From the NCBI GenBank assembly GCA_964019425.1, contig OZ025805.1:1-64000 (forward strand): DNA of 64,000 bases, read 5' to 3'. The stretch is from Flectonema sp. DT1601. Lineage: Eukaryota. The notes below the pieces were generated by a model. The model saw only the letters and a program-made list of their open reading frames with translations. It searched no databases and had not been told where the DNA came from. The position numbers were made by a program, and so were the translations under genes. This document shows positions 45,925 through 57,990 of this stretch, in pieces. Each line of letters opens with the position of its first letter. Positions within the stretch are counted from its first letter, which is position 1.

Positions 45925-46624
45925 AAAAAAAATTAACCAGTGTTTAGGGGTTTGAATCCCATGGATCCCGTCGCTCAGGCGGTCCGGTGGAGAACCGGGT
46001 AGGGCACTGTGAACGAGTTGCGGTCCAGGTGGCGTCGGAAGGCCACCGCACCAACAGATTTGTTTCTTCGCACAACAGTAGCTTGGAGACCGTAAGAGAC
46101 CCAAGGTGGTTCACAACCGCTCGAACAACTGCGTGTGAAGGAACAAGATTGAAAAGAAAAGAATATAAGAAAAGAAATGCCACACACAAAAAACGACGTA
46201 GTAAAACAGAGAGGTAGGGGGAGGGATGGCCTCTTTCTCCACACATTGCATGGGAGCTCCCCGAGTAACTCGCGGGGCTGATACTGTTAATACATTTCAG
46301 GCGACCTGAACTTATAATCCCCCCATGCGTGAAAAGACTAAACGGGGGAAGTTTGAAGGAAATGGGGGTAAAGGGAAATCATGCCACTAAGGAAAAAATA
46401 AAAACCCGGTGGCCCCTGTGAGCTCTGGGTGCCTGAGTATCCCGGGCCGGATCACCTGACCTTCTGCTATGTTGTCCTTTTTTTTTTAAAGGTTAGGCTA
46501 CCGGAAAATAAAACGGGGGTAAAAGAATACACAGCAACAACAACAATACGTCAGCACTCTAGTTACACACAAGGTGCATCCAGGTAACACCACGAGGAGG
46601 CGCGCTATCCGAGTTTCGTTACCC
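45925..46624 (-). mobile_element. ~700-bp non-coding retroposon (SINE-like), copy 1
   Basis: Flanked by the direct repeat aagtgatttgtgaacaacaa (45905-45924 / 46625-46644). Near-identical to copy 2. HDV-like ribozyme at the 5' end. Confidence 0.85.
46552..46624 (-). ncRNA. HDV-like self-cleaving ribozyme, copy 1
   Basis: P1 GGGTAAC/GTTACCT, P2 TAGCGC/GTGCTG, P3 GCC/GGT with L3 TCCTCGT, P1.1 CC/GG, P4 TGCAC/GTGTA, J4/2 A-C-TAGA. G1 is the first base of the element. Confidence 0.78.
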
Positions 46625-46790
46625 AAGTGATTTGTGAACAACAAGACAAGAAACAATAACCAATAGCTGTGACACTACTAAGATTTGAAAGGTCAAGAGA
46701 AGTGATTTGTATGCCGGAAAACAAGAATTATTACCAATAGTGGTGACACTACTAAGACATGAAAGGTCAAGAGAAGTGATTTGTGAACAA

Positions 46791-47487
46791 TAAAATTAAC
46801 CAGTGTTTAGGGTTTTGAATCCTATGGATCCCGTCGCTCAGGCGGTCCGGTGGAGAACCGGGTAGGGCACTGTGAACGAGTTGCGGTCCAGGTGGCGTCG
46901 GAAGGCCACCGCACCAACAGATTTGTTTCTTCGCACAACAGTAGCTTGGAGACCGTAAGAGACCCAAGGTGGTTCACAACCGCTCGAACAACTGCGTGTG
47001 AAGGAACAAGATTGAAAAGAAAAGAATATAAGAAAAGAAATGCCACACACAAAAAACGACGTAGTAAAGCAGAGAGGTAGGGGGAGGGATGGCCTCTTTC
47101 TCCACACATTGCATGGGAGCTCCCCGAGTAACTCGCGGGGCTGATACTGTTAATACATTTCAGGCGACCTGAACTTATAATCCCCCCATGCGTGAAAAGA
47201 CTAAACGGGGGAAGTTTGAAGGAAATGGGGGTAAAGGGAAATCATGCCACTAAGGAAAAAATAAAAACCCGGTGGCCCCTGTGAGCTCTGGGTGCCTGAG
47301 TATCCCGGGCCGGATCACCTGACCTTCTGCTATGTTGTCCTTTTTTTTTTAAAGGTTAGGCTACCGGAAAATAAAACGGGGGTAAAAGAATACACAGCAA
47401 CAACAACAATACGTCAGCACTCTAGTTACACACAAGGTGCATCCAGGTAACACCACGAGGAGGCGCGCTATCCGAGTTTCGTTACCC
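46791..47487 (-). mobile_element. ~700-bp non-coding retroposon (SINE-like), copy 2
   Basis: Flanked by aagtgatttgtgaacaa (46774-46790 / 47488-47504). Near-identical to copy 1. Confidence 0.85.
47415..47487 (-). ncRNA. HDV-like self-cleaving ribozyme, copy 2
   Basis: Same sequence and fold as 46552-46624. Confidence 0.78.
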
Positions 47488-48782
47488 AAGTGATTTGTGA
47501 ACAACAAGACAAGAACTTACCTCCAATAGTACTCCAATAGTAGTAACCAGTGAGATGTGTGTGTTGTTGGAATTGCGGAAAGCAATCAGTTTGGCATCTG
47601 AAGGAAGCAGCTTACGGCTAACAGTGAGGCAACCATCTGCTGTGAATGTCGGAGTGTCCAGATATAAGTAATCCGTAATGTGGTCTCTCATCCAAAGAAG
47701 CAGCTTCTCCCGTTTTGCATCATCAACAAACCAGCTTTTACCGAATATCCTAAACTGCTTCTTCCACATTTCCAACTCGCTGTTTGCAACCACTCCATGA
47801 TCTGCCAGCCGATCAGTTTCGCAAAGGGTATCACCAGCAAACGAGAGTTCAACTTCATCCGGATCGACATCCCACTCCTCAGCCGCCGCCGTCAACACGT
47901 CGATCACAACCGAATCAGCACCAGCCGTCACTGTCACTGCGGGGAGTCCCCAATCAGGACACGTCACAAAAACTTGCATTGTTACTTTATTTTTTGAGTT
48001 ACGGGCTGTTAATATATGGCTGCTGTGTAAAGAATGTGTGGATGTTGTGTTCCAAACGCCAGGCGGCAACAATTATATAAATACGATCCCTACATTGAAT
48101 CATGTCTGGGTATCGAATACTACGAAGAATGAGACATGTTGTTAGATTCCTATGAAGGGATTTGAATACTGTTTTACAATCAATTATCTGTTTCAATAGA
48201 ATAGTCTTGCTTAGACTAAGCCTTGTGGCTGACTCAGATAAAGTATTGTTTTAACTTAAAAAAGAAAGAAGTTTGTTAAAAAAACACGGAGGGGAAAACA
48301 ACGAAAAAACAGAATTATGTATCCTTTCATATAAATCGCAGACAGAGAGAACAGATATCCATCATCATCAAAAAAGGTGAATAGAAATTTCGGATACGAA
48401 TTGCCACGAGGTCAACACTTTGATGATATACGAGAGCTGTTTGAGAACAACATCAACCGAAGCCAGCTAGCAGGGAAAAGGAATAAAAAAAAAAAAACTT
48501 TCAACAATTTCATTATTGTAGCACGAAATTGATTTAAAAAAACCTGCCAACCCCCCCCCCCCCCCCCCCCCCCCAAGCAACGAAAATCTCAAACAGAAAA
48601 ATCAAAAAAAAAAAAAAACACACACACGCTGTTGAAAGAACCAATCCAACAAGTCAAAAGAAACGTTTAAAGAAAGAAACAGAAAAAACAAAATAAATTT
48701 TTTATCAAAAAAATAAAATAAAAAAAAAATCTAACGAAGATTACTTATTTTCGAATTAATCTCATTTCCGATTCACAGAAAT

Positions 48783-48828
<46 letters not shown>

Positions 48829-48888
48829 CTTTGAAAGCTTGCCAACCAAAGAAACAAACAAAAAAAGAAAAATACTAAAACAAAAATC

Positions 48889-49962
48889 TCACATTAGAGT
48901 TAACAAACGATCACGTCCAAAAAAGGCTGCAATCCCCCCGAGCAGGAGGGCTGTAATCGCAGGCCTGTTGAGGAAAAAGTTTGTCGTCAACCGAGCGACG
49001 TAAAATGCAAGAATGACAGGAATGTAAAAAATACTGTAAGTACATCTTGGAAACAAACGAACTGAATAATCATAAAAATAAGCATCCGCACCAACCAGAA
49101 TACGAGTGTTCTTTCTCGCAGCGCCACCGATAATGATGCCAGCGGCCATGGATGCAGTTAGAGGAGCCTGTTCTTTGAAGGCGACACCGAGAGCTTTCTT
49201 GGCTTCCTCAGGAGTGTCGCAGTCAGGAAGTCTCACAATGTATTTAATTTTTTTGATTTTTTCTTTCCAATCATCTCCGAGAGGAATAGCACCAACTCCA
49301 TTTGTCAGAATATCTGTACCAACATGTCCAGGATGAACACAACTAACAACAACGTGTGGGTGAGAAACACCTAACTGAACCATCAACGACTCTGTAAATC
49401 CTCTGACTGCAAACTTCGCAGACACATATGGATTATTAGGTGAGTGCCTTCCAATACAAGAGTAGAATCCATTCATTGAAGAAAGTGTTATTATACCTGC
49501 TCCCTCTTCTGGTGTCGTGGCAGTCACGAAATCCAAGAAGTATCTCATGGTGTTCACAACTCCGTAGAAGTCGACGTTGAAGACTTTATCCCAATGAGCG
49601 TGTTCTGACTCATCAGTAAGGAAATGATTACCTCCGGCAATCCCAGCATTCGCAATAAGAAGATGAAGTTTGTCGCCGTGTTCTCTACGAAACTTTTCCG
49701 ACCATTTCGACACTTGACTTTTGTCTGAGACGTCAACCACATCACATGTGACGTGAACAGATGTATTCTCTTTAAGACAGATTCTCTTCGTCTCTTCCAT
49801 GGCTTCGACTGAAATGTCACAGATCGCTAATCCTTTGATTCCCGACTTTGATAACAAGATTGCCATCTCTCTTCCCATTCCAGTTCCTGCTCCAGTTATG
49901 ACAGCAGTGCGTCCTTGGTAGCGGTTCGAGAGGATTGTCTTCTCCGAGCGGAAGAAATTCAT
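48889..49962 (-). CDS. Short-chain dehydrogenase/reductase, copy 1 (357 aa)
   Basis: TGAGTGMG, NAG, catalytic S and YVSAK; hydrophobic C-terminus. Confidence 0.95.
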   Translation of the reverse strand: MNFFRSEKTILSNRYQGRTAVITGAGTGMGREMAILLSKSGIKGLAICDISVEAMEETKRICLKENTSVHVTCDVVDVSDKSQVSKWSEKFRREHGDKLHLLIANAGIAGGNHFLTDESEHAHWDKVFNVDFYGVVNTMRYFLDFVTATTPEEGAGIITLSSMNGFYSCIGRHSPNNPYVSAKFAVRGFTESLMVQLGVSHPHVVVSCVHPGHVGTDILTNGVGAIPLGDDWKEKIKKIKYIVRLPDCDTPEEAKKALGVAFKEQAPLTASMAAGIIIGGAARKNTRILVGADAYFYDYSVRLFPRCTYSIFYIPVILAFYVARLTTNFFLNRPAITALLLGGIAAFFGRDRLLTLM

Positions 49963-51258
49963 TTTTTTTTTTTTTTTAAAGGAAGGGAGAGTTTTTTTTT
50001 TTTTTTTTGAATGATACCCTGCGAAGTAAAGCTACACAACAAAAACAACCAAATCACCTCCCACCCACTCACATCAACACAACACAATTCATCTCATAAA
50101 TTGTCACCCCCCCGACAACCTAAACTTCCACCAGGTACAAGTGGGTGAGTCAATTTTTCACATCCCAGAAGTTAGAAGGAGCTGTCACACTAATTAAGAT
50201 CACAATGAAGTATAAAACAACTTTAACACAACACCCAAGAAAACAGGGCAGCTGGGTAGATTGGAAGATAGAATCCGACAGATGCCGGCGGATGTTAGAT
50301 GTGCAGGACAAAGAGAGGAAGAAAACAGGGGAATAGGGGATACAGTGCGCGAGTTAGAAGTGGTTTTTTTTTTTTTTTTTTTTTTTTGTTGGTTTTTTTT
50401 TCCCGCAATTTTATACATACTACTGACAGGAATATCGTACGACGCACACCCCCCACACTCCCCGTTGTTTGAAATTTTTTTTTGTACACATGAAAAAATA
50501 ACAACAACAATGCCACAACGACCATGGCAGCTAGATAAGGCACGGGGAATACGGGCACGGGAATAGGGGAACTCGGGAAAAAAAAGGAAATTCTCACCAA
50601 TAGAATAGTCTTGCTTAGAAAACTTAAAAAAGAGAGAAGTTTGTTTAAAAAACACGGAGGGGAAAACAACGAAAAAACAGAATTATGTATCCTTTCATAT
50701 AAATCGCAGACAGAGAGAACAGATATCCATCATCATCAAAAAAGGTGAATAGAAATTTCGGATACGAATTGCCACGAGGTCAACACTTTGATGATATACG
50801 AGAGCTGTTTGAGAACAACATCAACCGAAGCCAGCTAGCAGGGAAAAGGAATAAAAAAAAAAAAAAAAAAAAAAACTTTCAACAATTTCATTATTGTAGC
50901 ACGAAATTGATTTAAAAAAACCTGCCAAACCCCCCCAAGCAACGAAAATCTCAAACAGAAAAATCAAAAAAAAAAAAAACACACACACGCTGTTGAAAGA
51001 ACCAATCCAACAAGTCAAAAGAAACGTTTAAAGAAAGAAACAGAAAAAACAACATAAATTTTTTATCATAAAAATAAAATAAAATAAAATAAAATAAAAA
51101 TCTAGTACGAAGATTACTTATTTTCGAAGGCGAGTTCAGTTGTGTCATCTCATTTCCGATTCACAGAAATGAGATTTTTTTTTTTTTTTTTTTAAATTCT
51201 TTGAAAGCTTGCCAACCAAAGAAACAAACAAAAAAAGAAAAATACTAAAACAAAAATC

Positions 51259-52332
51259 TCACATTAGAGTTAACAAACGATCACGTCCAAAAAAGGCTGC
51301 AATCCCCCCGAGCAGGAGGGCTGTAATCGCAGGCCTGTTGAGGAAAAAGTTTGTCGTCAACCGAGCGACGTAAAATGCAAGAATGACAGGAATGTAAAAA
51401 ATACTGTAAGTACATCTTGGAAACAAACGAACTGAATAATCATAAAAATAAGCATCCGCACCAACCAGAATACGAGTGTTCTTTCTCGCAGCGCCACCGA
51501 TAATAATGCCAGCGGCCATGGATGCAGTTAGAGGAGCCTGTTCTTTGAAGGCGACACCGAGAGCTTTCTTGGCTTCCTCAGGAGTGTCGCAGTCAGGAAG
51601 TCTCACAATGTATTTAATTTTTTTGATTTTTTCTTTCCAATCATCTCCGAGAGGAATAGCACCAACTCCATTTGTCAGAATATCTGTACCAACATGTCCA
51701 GGATGAACACAACTAACAACAACGTGTGGGTGAGAAACACCTAACTGAACCATCAACGACTCTGTAAATCCTCTGACTGCAAACTTCGCAGACACATATG
51801 GATTATTAGGTGAGTGCCTTCCAATACAAGAGTAGAATCCATTCATTGAAGAAAGTGTTATTATACCTGCTCCCTCTTCTGGTGTCGTGGCAGTCACGAA
51901 ATCCAAGAAGTATCTCATGGTGTTCACAACTCCGTAGAAGTCGACGTTGAAGACTTTATCCCAATGAGCGTGTTCTGACTCATCAGTAAGGAAATGATTA
52001 CCTCCGGCAATCCCAGCATTCGCAATAAGAAGATGAAGTTTGTCGCCGTGTTCTCTACGAAACTTTTCCGACCATTTCGACACTTGACTTTTGTCTGAGA
52101 CGTCAACCACATCACATGTGACGTGAACAGATGTATTCTCTTTAAGACAGATTCTCTTCGTCTCTTCCATGGCTTCGACTGAAATGTCACAGATCGCTAA
52201 TCCTTTGATTCCCGACTTTGATAACAAGATTGCCATCTCTCTTCCCATTCCAGTTCCTGCTCCAGTTATGACAGCAGTGCGTCCTTGGTAGCGGTTCGAG
52301 AGGATTGTCTTCTCCGAGCGGAAGAAATTCAT
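51259..52332 (-). CDS. Short-chain dehydrogenase/reductase, copy 2
   Basis: Same protein sequence as copy 1. Confidence 0.95.
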   Translation of the reverse strand: MNFFRSEKTILSNRYQGRTAVITGAGTGMGREMAILLSKSGIKGLAICDISVEAMEETKRICLKENTSVHVTCDVVDVSDKSQVSKWSEKFRREHGDKLHLLIANAGIAGGNHFLTDESEHAHWDKVFNVDFYGVVNTMRYFLDFVTATTPEEGAGIITLSSMNGFYSCIGRHSPNNPYVSAKFAVRGFTESLMVQLGVSHPHVVVSCVHPGHVGTDILTNGVGAIPLGDDWKEKIKKIKYIVRLPDCDTPEEAKKALGVAFKEQAPLTASMAAGIIIGGAARKNTRILVGADAYFYDYSVRLFPRCTYSIFYIPVILAFYVARLTTNFFLNRPAITALLLGGIAAFFGRDRLLTLM

Positions 52333-53629
52333 TTTTTTTTTTTTTTTAAAGGAAGGGAGAGTTTTTTTTTTTTTTTTTGAATGATACCCTGCGAAGTAAA
52401 GCTACACAACAAAAACAACCAAATCACCTCCCACCCACTCACATCAACACAACACAATTCATCTCATAAATTGTCACCCCCCCGACAACCTAAACTTCCA
52501 CCAGGTACAAGTGGGTGAGTCAATTTTTCACATCCCAGAAGTTAGAAGGAGCTGTCACACTAATTAAGATCACAATGAAGTATAAAACAACTTTAACACA
52601 ACACCCAAGAAAACAGGGCAGCTGGGTAGATTGGAAGATAGAATCCGACAGATGCCGGCGGATGTTAGATGTGCAGGACAAAGAGAGGAAGAAAACAGGG
52701 GAATAGGGGATACAGTGCGCGAGTTAGAAGTGGTTTTTTTTTTTTTTTTTTTTTTTTTGTTGGTTTTTTTTTCCCGCAATTTTATACATACTACTGACAG
52801 GAATATCGTACGACGCACACCCCCCACACTCCCCGTTGTTTGAAATTTTTTTTTGTACACATGAAAAAATAACAACAACAATGCCACAACGACCATGGCA
52901 GCTAGATAAGGCACGGGGAATACGGGCACGGGAATAGGGGAACTCGGGAAAAAAAAGGAAATTCTCACCAATAGAATAGTCTTGCTTAGAAAACTTAAAA
53001 AAGAGAGAAGTTTGTTTAAAAAACACGGAGGGGAAAACAACGAAAAAACAGAATTATGTATCCTTTCATATAAATCGCAGACAGAGAGAACAGATATCCA
53101 TCATCATCAAAAAAGGTGAATAGAAATTTCGGATACGAATTGCCACGAGGTCAACACTTTGATGATATACGAGAGCTGTTTGAGAACAACATCAACCGAA
53201 GCCAGCTAGCAGGGAAAAGGAATAAAAAAAAAAAAAAAAAAAAAAACTTTCAACAATTTCATTATTGTAGCACGAAATTGATTTAAAAAAACCTGCCAAA
53301 CCCCCCCAAGCAACGAAAATCTCAAACAGAAAAATCAAAAAAAAAAAAAACACACACACGCTGTTGAAAGAACCAATCCAACAAGTCAAAAGAAACGTTT
53401 AAAGAAAGAAACAGAAAAAACAACATAAATTTTTTATCATAAAAATAAAATAAAATAAAATAAAATAAAAATCTAGTACGAAGATTACTTATTTTCGAAG
53501 GCGAGTTCAGTTGTGTCATCTCATTTCCGATTCACAGAAATGAGATTTTTTTTTTTTTTTTTTTAAATTCTTTGAAAGCTTGCCAACCAAAGAAACAAAC
53601 AAAAAAAGAAAAATACTAAAACAAAAATC

Positions 53630-54703
53630 TCACATTAGAGTTAACAAACGATCACGTCCAAAAAAGGCTGCAATCCCCCCGAGCAGGAGGGCTGTAATCG
53701 CAGGCCTGTTGAGGAAAAAGTTTGTCGTCAACCGAGCGACGTAAAATGCAAGAATGACAGGAATGTAAAAAATACTGTAAGTACATCTTGGAAACAAACG
53801 AACTGAATAATCATAAAAATAAGCATCCGCACCAACCAGAATACGAGTGTTCTTTCTCGCAGCGCCACCGATAATAATGCCAGCGGCCATGGATGCAGTT
53901 AGAGGAGCCTGTTCTTTGAAGGCGACACCGAGAGCTTTCTTGGCTTCCTCAGGAGTGTCGCAGTCAGGAAGTCTCACAATGTATTTAATTTTTTTGATTT
54001 TTTCTTTCCAATCATCTCCGAGAGGAATAGCACCAACTCCATTTGTCAGAATATCTGTACCAACATGTCCAGGATGAACACAACTAACAACAACGTGTGG
54101 GTGAGAAACACCTAACTGAACCATCAACGACTCTGTAAATCCTCTGACTGCAAACTTCGCAGACACATATGGATTATTAGGTGAGTGCCTTCCAATACAA
54201 GAGTAGAATCCATTCATTGAAGAAAGTGTTATTATACCTGCTCCCTCTTCTGGTGTCGTGGCAGTCACGAAATCCAAGAAGTATCTCATGGTGTTCACAA
54301 CTCCGTAGAAGTCGACGTTGAAGACTTTATCCCAATGAGCGTGTTCTGACTCATCAGTAAGGAAATGATTACCTCCAGCAATCCCAGCATTCGCAATAAG
54401 AAGATGAAGTTTGTCGCCGTGTTCTCTACGAAACTTTTCCGACCATTTCGACACTTGACTTTTGTCTGAGACGTCAACCACATCACACGTGACGTGAACA
54501 GATGTATTCTCTTTAAGACAGATTCTCTTCGTCTCTTCCATGGCTTCGACTGAAATGTCACAGATCGCTAATCCTTTGATTCCCGACTTTGATAACAAGA
54601 TTGCCATCTCTCTTCCCATTCCAGTTCCTGCTCCAGTTATGACAGCAGTGCGTCCTTGGTAGCGGTTCGAGAGGATTGTCTTCTCCGAGCGGAAGAAATT
54701 CAT
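53630..54703 (-). CDS. Short-chain dehydrogenase/reductase, copy 3
   Basis: Same protein from the ATG at 54703. The longer ORF-track call is a homopolymer-length artefact. Confidence 0.95.
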   Translation of the reverse strand: MNFFRSEKTILSNRYQGRTAVITGAGTGMGREMAILLSKSGIKGLAICDISVEAMEETKRICLKENTSVHVTCDVVDVSDKSQVSKWSEKFRREHGDKLHLLIANAGIAGGNHFLTDESEHAHWDKVFNVDFYGVVNTMRYFLDFVTATTPEEGAGIITLSSMNGFYSCIGRHSPNNPYVSAKFAVRGFTESLMVQLGVSHPHVVVSCVHPGHVGTDILTNGVGAIPLGDDWKEKIKKIKYIVRLPDCDTPEEAKKALGVAFKEQAPLTASMAAGIIIGGAARKNTRILVGADAYFYDYSVRLFPRCTYSIFYIPVILAFYVARLTTNFFLNRPAITALLLGGIAAFFGRDRLLTLM

Positions 54704-55463
54704 TTTTTTTTTTTTTTTTAAAGGAAGGGAGAGTTTTTTTTTTTTTTTTTGAATGATACCCTGCGAAGTAAAGCTACACAACAAAAACAACCAAATCACC
54801 TCCCACCCACTCACATCAACACAACACAATTAATCTCATAAATTGTCACCCCCCCGACAACCTAAACTTCCACCAGGTACAAGTGGGTGAGTCAATTTTT
54901 CACATCCCAGAAGTTAGAAGGAGCTGTCACACTAATTAAGATCACAATGAAGTATAAAACAACTTTAACACAACACCCAAGAAAACAGGGCAGCTGGGTA
55001 GATTGGAAGATAGAATCCGACAGATGCCGGCGGATGTTAGATGTGCAGGACAAAGAGAGGAAGAAAACAGGGGAATAGGGGATACCGTGCGCGAGTTAGA
55101 AGTGGTTTTTTTTTTTTTTTTTTTTTTTTTGTTGGTTTTTTTTTCCCGCAATTTTATACATACTACTGACAGGAATATCGTACGACGCACACCCCCCATT
55201 CCCCGTTGTTTGAAATTCTTTTGTACACATGAAAAAATAACAACAACAATGCCACAACGACCATGGCAGCTAGATAAGGCACGGGGAATACGGGCACGGG
55301 AATAGGGGAACTCGGAAAAAAAGGAAATTCTCACCCAAAACACGAACTCGTTTTACTTGTACTTTTTATGGGGAAGTTTTTGAAAAAAAATTAGGTGAAA
55401 CATCGTTCCAAAGAACGGAATAAAAGGCAAGGGATAATACTATATTAACAGGACTACTTCTGC

Positions 55464-56098
55464 TTACAAACCGAGAACAGATTTGAATTTCTGAATACAA
55501 GACTGGTGTCTAACCTCAGGGATGTCAGTGAGGTACTTCTTACGCTTCTTTGACTCGGTTTCCATAACCTCCATTCGCTGTTCAAGAGCAGTGTCGACAG
55601 CTTTTCTGAATGCAAAGTGAACGTTGTTTGCAGTCTTCGCACTGGTTTCGACATAATCCATATTGTATCTTGATGCGAATTCTTTGGCTTCTTCTGGTGA
55701 GACGGCTCTGTTAGGAAGATCTGACTTGTTGCCAACCAACATCATCGGAACTCCTATCTTGCCGTAGGTCTCAACTTCCTTCATCCAAAACTTAATATTA
55801 TCAAAAGACTCTTTATCAGTCATATCAAACACGAGAACAATACTGTGAGCTCCTCTGTAGTAGGCCGCACAGATGGTTTTGAATCTCTCTTGTCCAGCAG
55901 TGTCCCACATCTGTAACTTTACAATTTTTCCCTTTGTCTCAAAAGTATCAATCTTAAAATCAACACCAATAGTTGCGATGTAAGTTGGATTCCAATCTCC
56001 TTCAGTGTACTGATGCAGCAACGACGACTTACCAACACCTGAGTCCCCGATCACAATTGCCTTCATCAGAACATCATATTCTGTTGCTGCGTATTGTG

Positions 56099-56102
<4 letters not shown>
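55464..56102 (-). CDS. Rab1-like small GTPase (212 aa)
   Basis: GDSGVGKS, TIGVDF, WDTAGQERF, YYRGA, GNKSD and ETSAK. Confidence 0.93.
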
Positions 56103-56130
<28 letters not shown>

Positions 56131-56592
56131 AAAACTGTAAATTTAATAAAAATCACCAACTGAGAAAATCAACAACTACGGAAGGGTATCGAATCCATCG
56201 AGTCCCAAAAGCCATCCTGTTTGGGTTGCTATCCACTACTTTAATTGATTGTTGACAGGAAGTACAGATAGCCATTGAAGAGGATTTTCTGGAAGAAGAA
56301 GAAAAAGAAAGAAGAAAAAAATTGTGTTTGTGTTGTTATTCGAAGTCTACTTTGGAAAAAAGAAAATAACGACGAGAGAACCATTGAAGTCTCCCATTCA
56401 AATATGATGAAGTGGTATAACCACTTAGGCTAGAAAGAAAGAAAGAAAAAAAAAAACCAACTAAAAAAACAGCTCATTCTAAACGACTACTAAGTCGAGC
56501 TGACCTAAAAAAAACTGATTTAAAAAAAAAAAAAAGCTGAAGGTGGTGTTTGCTGCGAGAGTACAATTTCTTTACTTTAACTATGCCGATAA

Positions 56593-56626
<34 letters not shown>

Positions 56627-57112
56627 GAGGTCAACAAGAAAAAAAAAACAAAAAACAAAAAAATTCAGAGGTTCACACATGACAATTTCTTCATTCCTCC
56701 AAAAGCGGCAGTGCGCCTATTCTTTCCTTCTTAAAAGTGAATAGGGAGATTTTCGCTGATCAGCAGCAGAGGCAGAGCAGCAATCCAATAGCCCATAACT
56801 GCACATGAAAATAGCCGCATAGGGATCGGCGAATAGATGTTACTTTTAATTTTTTTTTTTTTTTTTTTTTTTTTTCCCCTTCTTCTTATATGGAGGAACT
56901 GATTGATTCATTCCCCCACCATTTGTGAATTTATTAAATTAATTTCCATCCTCAACGTCGTTACTTCACAAAAAATAAATAAAACTATCTCTCTGTCTGA
57001 GTGTCAGACTCTCTCACTTGGGTTGAAATTAAAAAAAAGTTTTATTTAGAAACAAGAAAATTAGACTTTTGAGCAGTATCCGCAAACAGTATCCACTTCC
57101 TTTCGTAATAGT

Positions 57113-57149
<37 letters not shown>

Positions 57150-57215
57150 CAACTCAAAACTCGTGTGAGTGGATGTCATTAATTAACAACAATTTTTTTT
57201 TTTCTGAGAAAGACT

Positions 57216-57809
57216 TTACCGTTTATCGTCATTTCCATATTTCTGATCGAGTTGAGCAAAGAAAGCTTTCTTCGGAAGGAAGTCTGGGTTCATTCCATGT
57301 TCGAACAATGGAGGTGGAGGAAGAAGTGGATACGCGACATTAGAAGCTGTAAAATATTGAGGATTGAAATCCAACTGAGTTGGAGGAAAATCAAGAAAAG
57401 GATGCACTGGAATCTGTCTATTGACGGGAAGTACAGGCATCCCCTCCATCATCCCTGGAGGAGGTTGTATTTCTGGGATTAATTTTCTTTCAGGAACACT
57501 TGTTGGCAACATTGAATGTCCATTTTGTGGAGTTGCTTCAACTGCTTCTGTCTGACGCTGTTCCAACTGTTGTTTTAAAGTACTGATAGTCGCAGTGACG
57601 GTCTTTATTGGTGCGAAAGTCTTCATAAAAAACGGTTCTTCCTTCAGTTCATCTCTCGTTAAGTTCATTAATACCATTCCGTTAATGTCTTCATCAATGA
57701 AAACTTGAACATATTTATCAGCGAGATTCATACTTCTCAAGTAGGCTCCAACTTCCTCATGAGTCCACGTGTGTGGATCCTTGTCTTTGGGAGGCATGTT
57801 ATCTTCCAT
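57216..57809 (-). CDS. SAM-domain protein with Pro-rich tail
   Basis: PHTWTHEEVGAYLRSMNL..YVQVFIDEDINGMVLMNLTRDELKE is a typical SAM pattern. Start placed at MEDNMPP; the 3' end could be spliced. Confidence 0.8.
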   Translation of the reverse strand: MEDNMPPKDKDPHTWTHEEVGAYLRSMNLADKYVQVFIDEDINGMVLMNLTRDELKEEPFFMKTFAPIKTVTATISTLKQQLEQRQTEAVEATPQNGHSMLPTSVPERKLIPEIQPPPGMMEGMPVLPVNRQIPVHPFLDFPPTQLDFNPQYFTASNVAYPLLPPPPLFEHGMNPDFLPKKAFFAQLDQKYGNDDKR

Positions 57810-57957
57810 ATTCGGTTGTATTTGTGTTTTTTTTGTTTTTTTTGTGTTACAATAAAATAAAAAAAAAAAAAGAAAGAAAGTATTCTTGACTGTGAAAATG
57901 ATATTAAAATAATTAATGTTCATCGGGGAAGCAGTGCAAATTTCTAATTCTGTGACA

Positions 57958-57990
<33 letters not shown>

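Larger units (their letters stand above)
45756..47979 (-). pseudogene. Ubiquitin-like domain + BspA-like LRR gene, disrupted
   Basis: N-terminal Ubl (MQVFVTC...ELSFAGDTL...LADHGV). LRR units FLSCCSQITSLDLSGLSRVTTIG are readable at 45850-45925, 46625-46790 and 47488-47545. An 11-bp duplication frameshift lies at 47521-47542, and there are two SINE insertions. Confidence 0.82.
48194..55335. repeat. Tandem triplication of a ~2.37-kb unit containing an SDR gene
   Basis: Near-identical sequence recurs with a period of 2370-2371 bp. Differences are mostly homopolymer lengths and a few substitutions. Confidence 0.95.

Noticed and set aside
45898..47109. Duplicated short ORFs within the 700-bp repeats
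   Set aside because: They lie inside a non-coding SINE and have no protein motifs.
50145..56744. Short poly-Lys/poly-Phe ORFs in intergenic regions
   Set aside because: Products of A/T homopolymer runs whose frames change between tandem copies.
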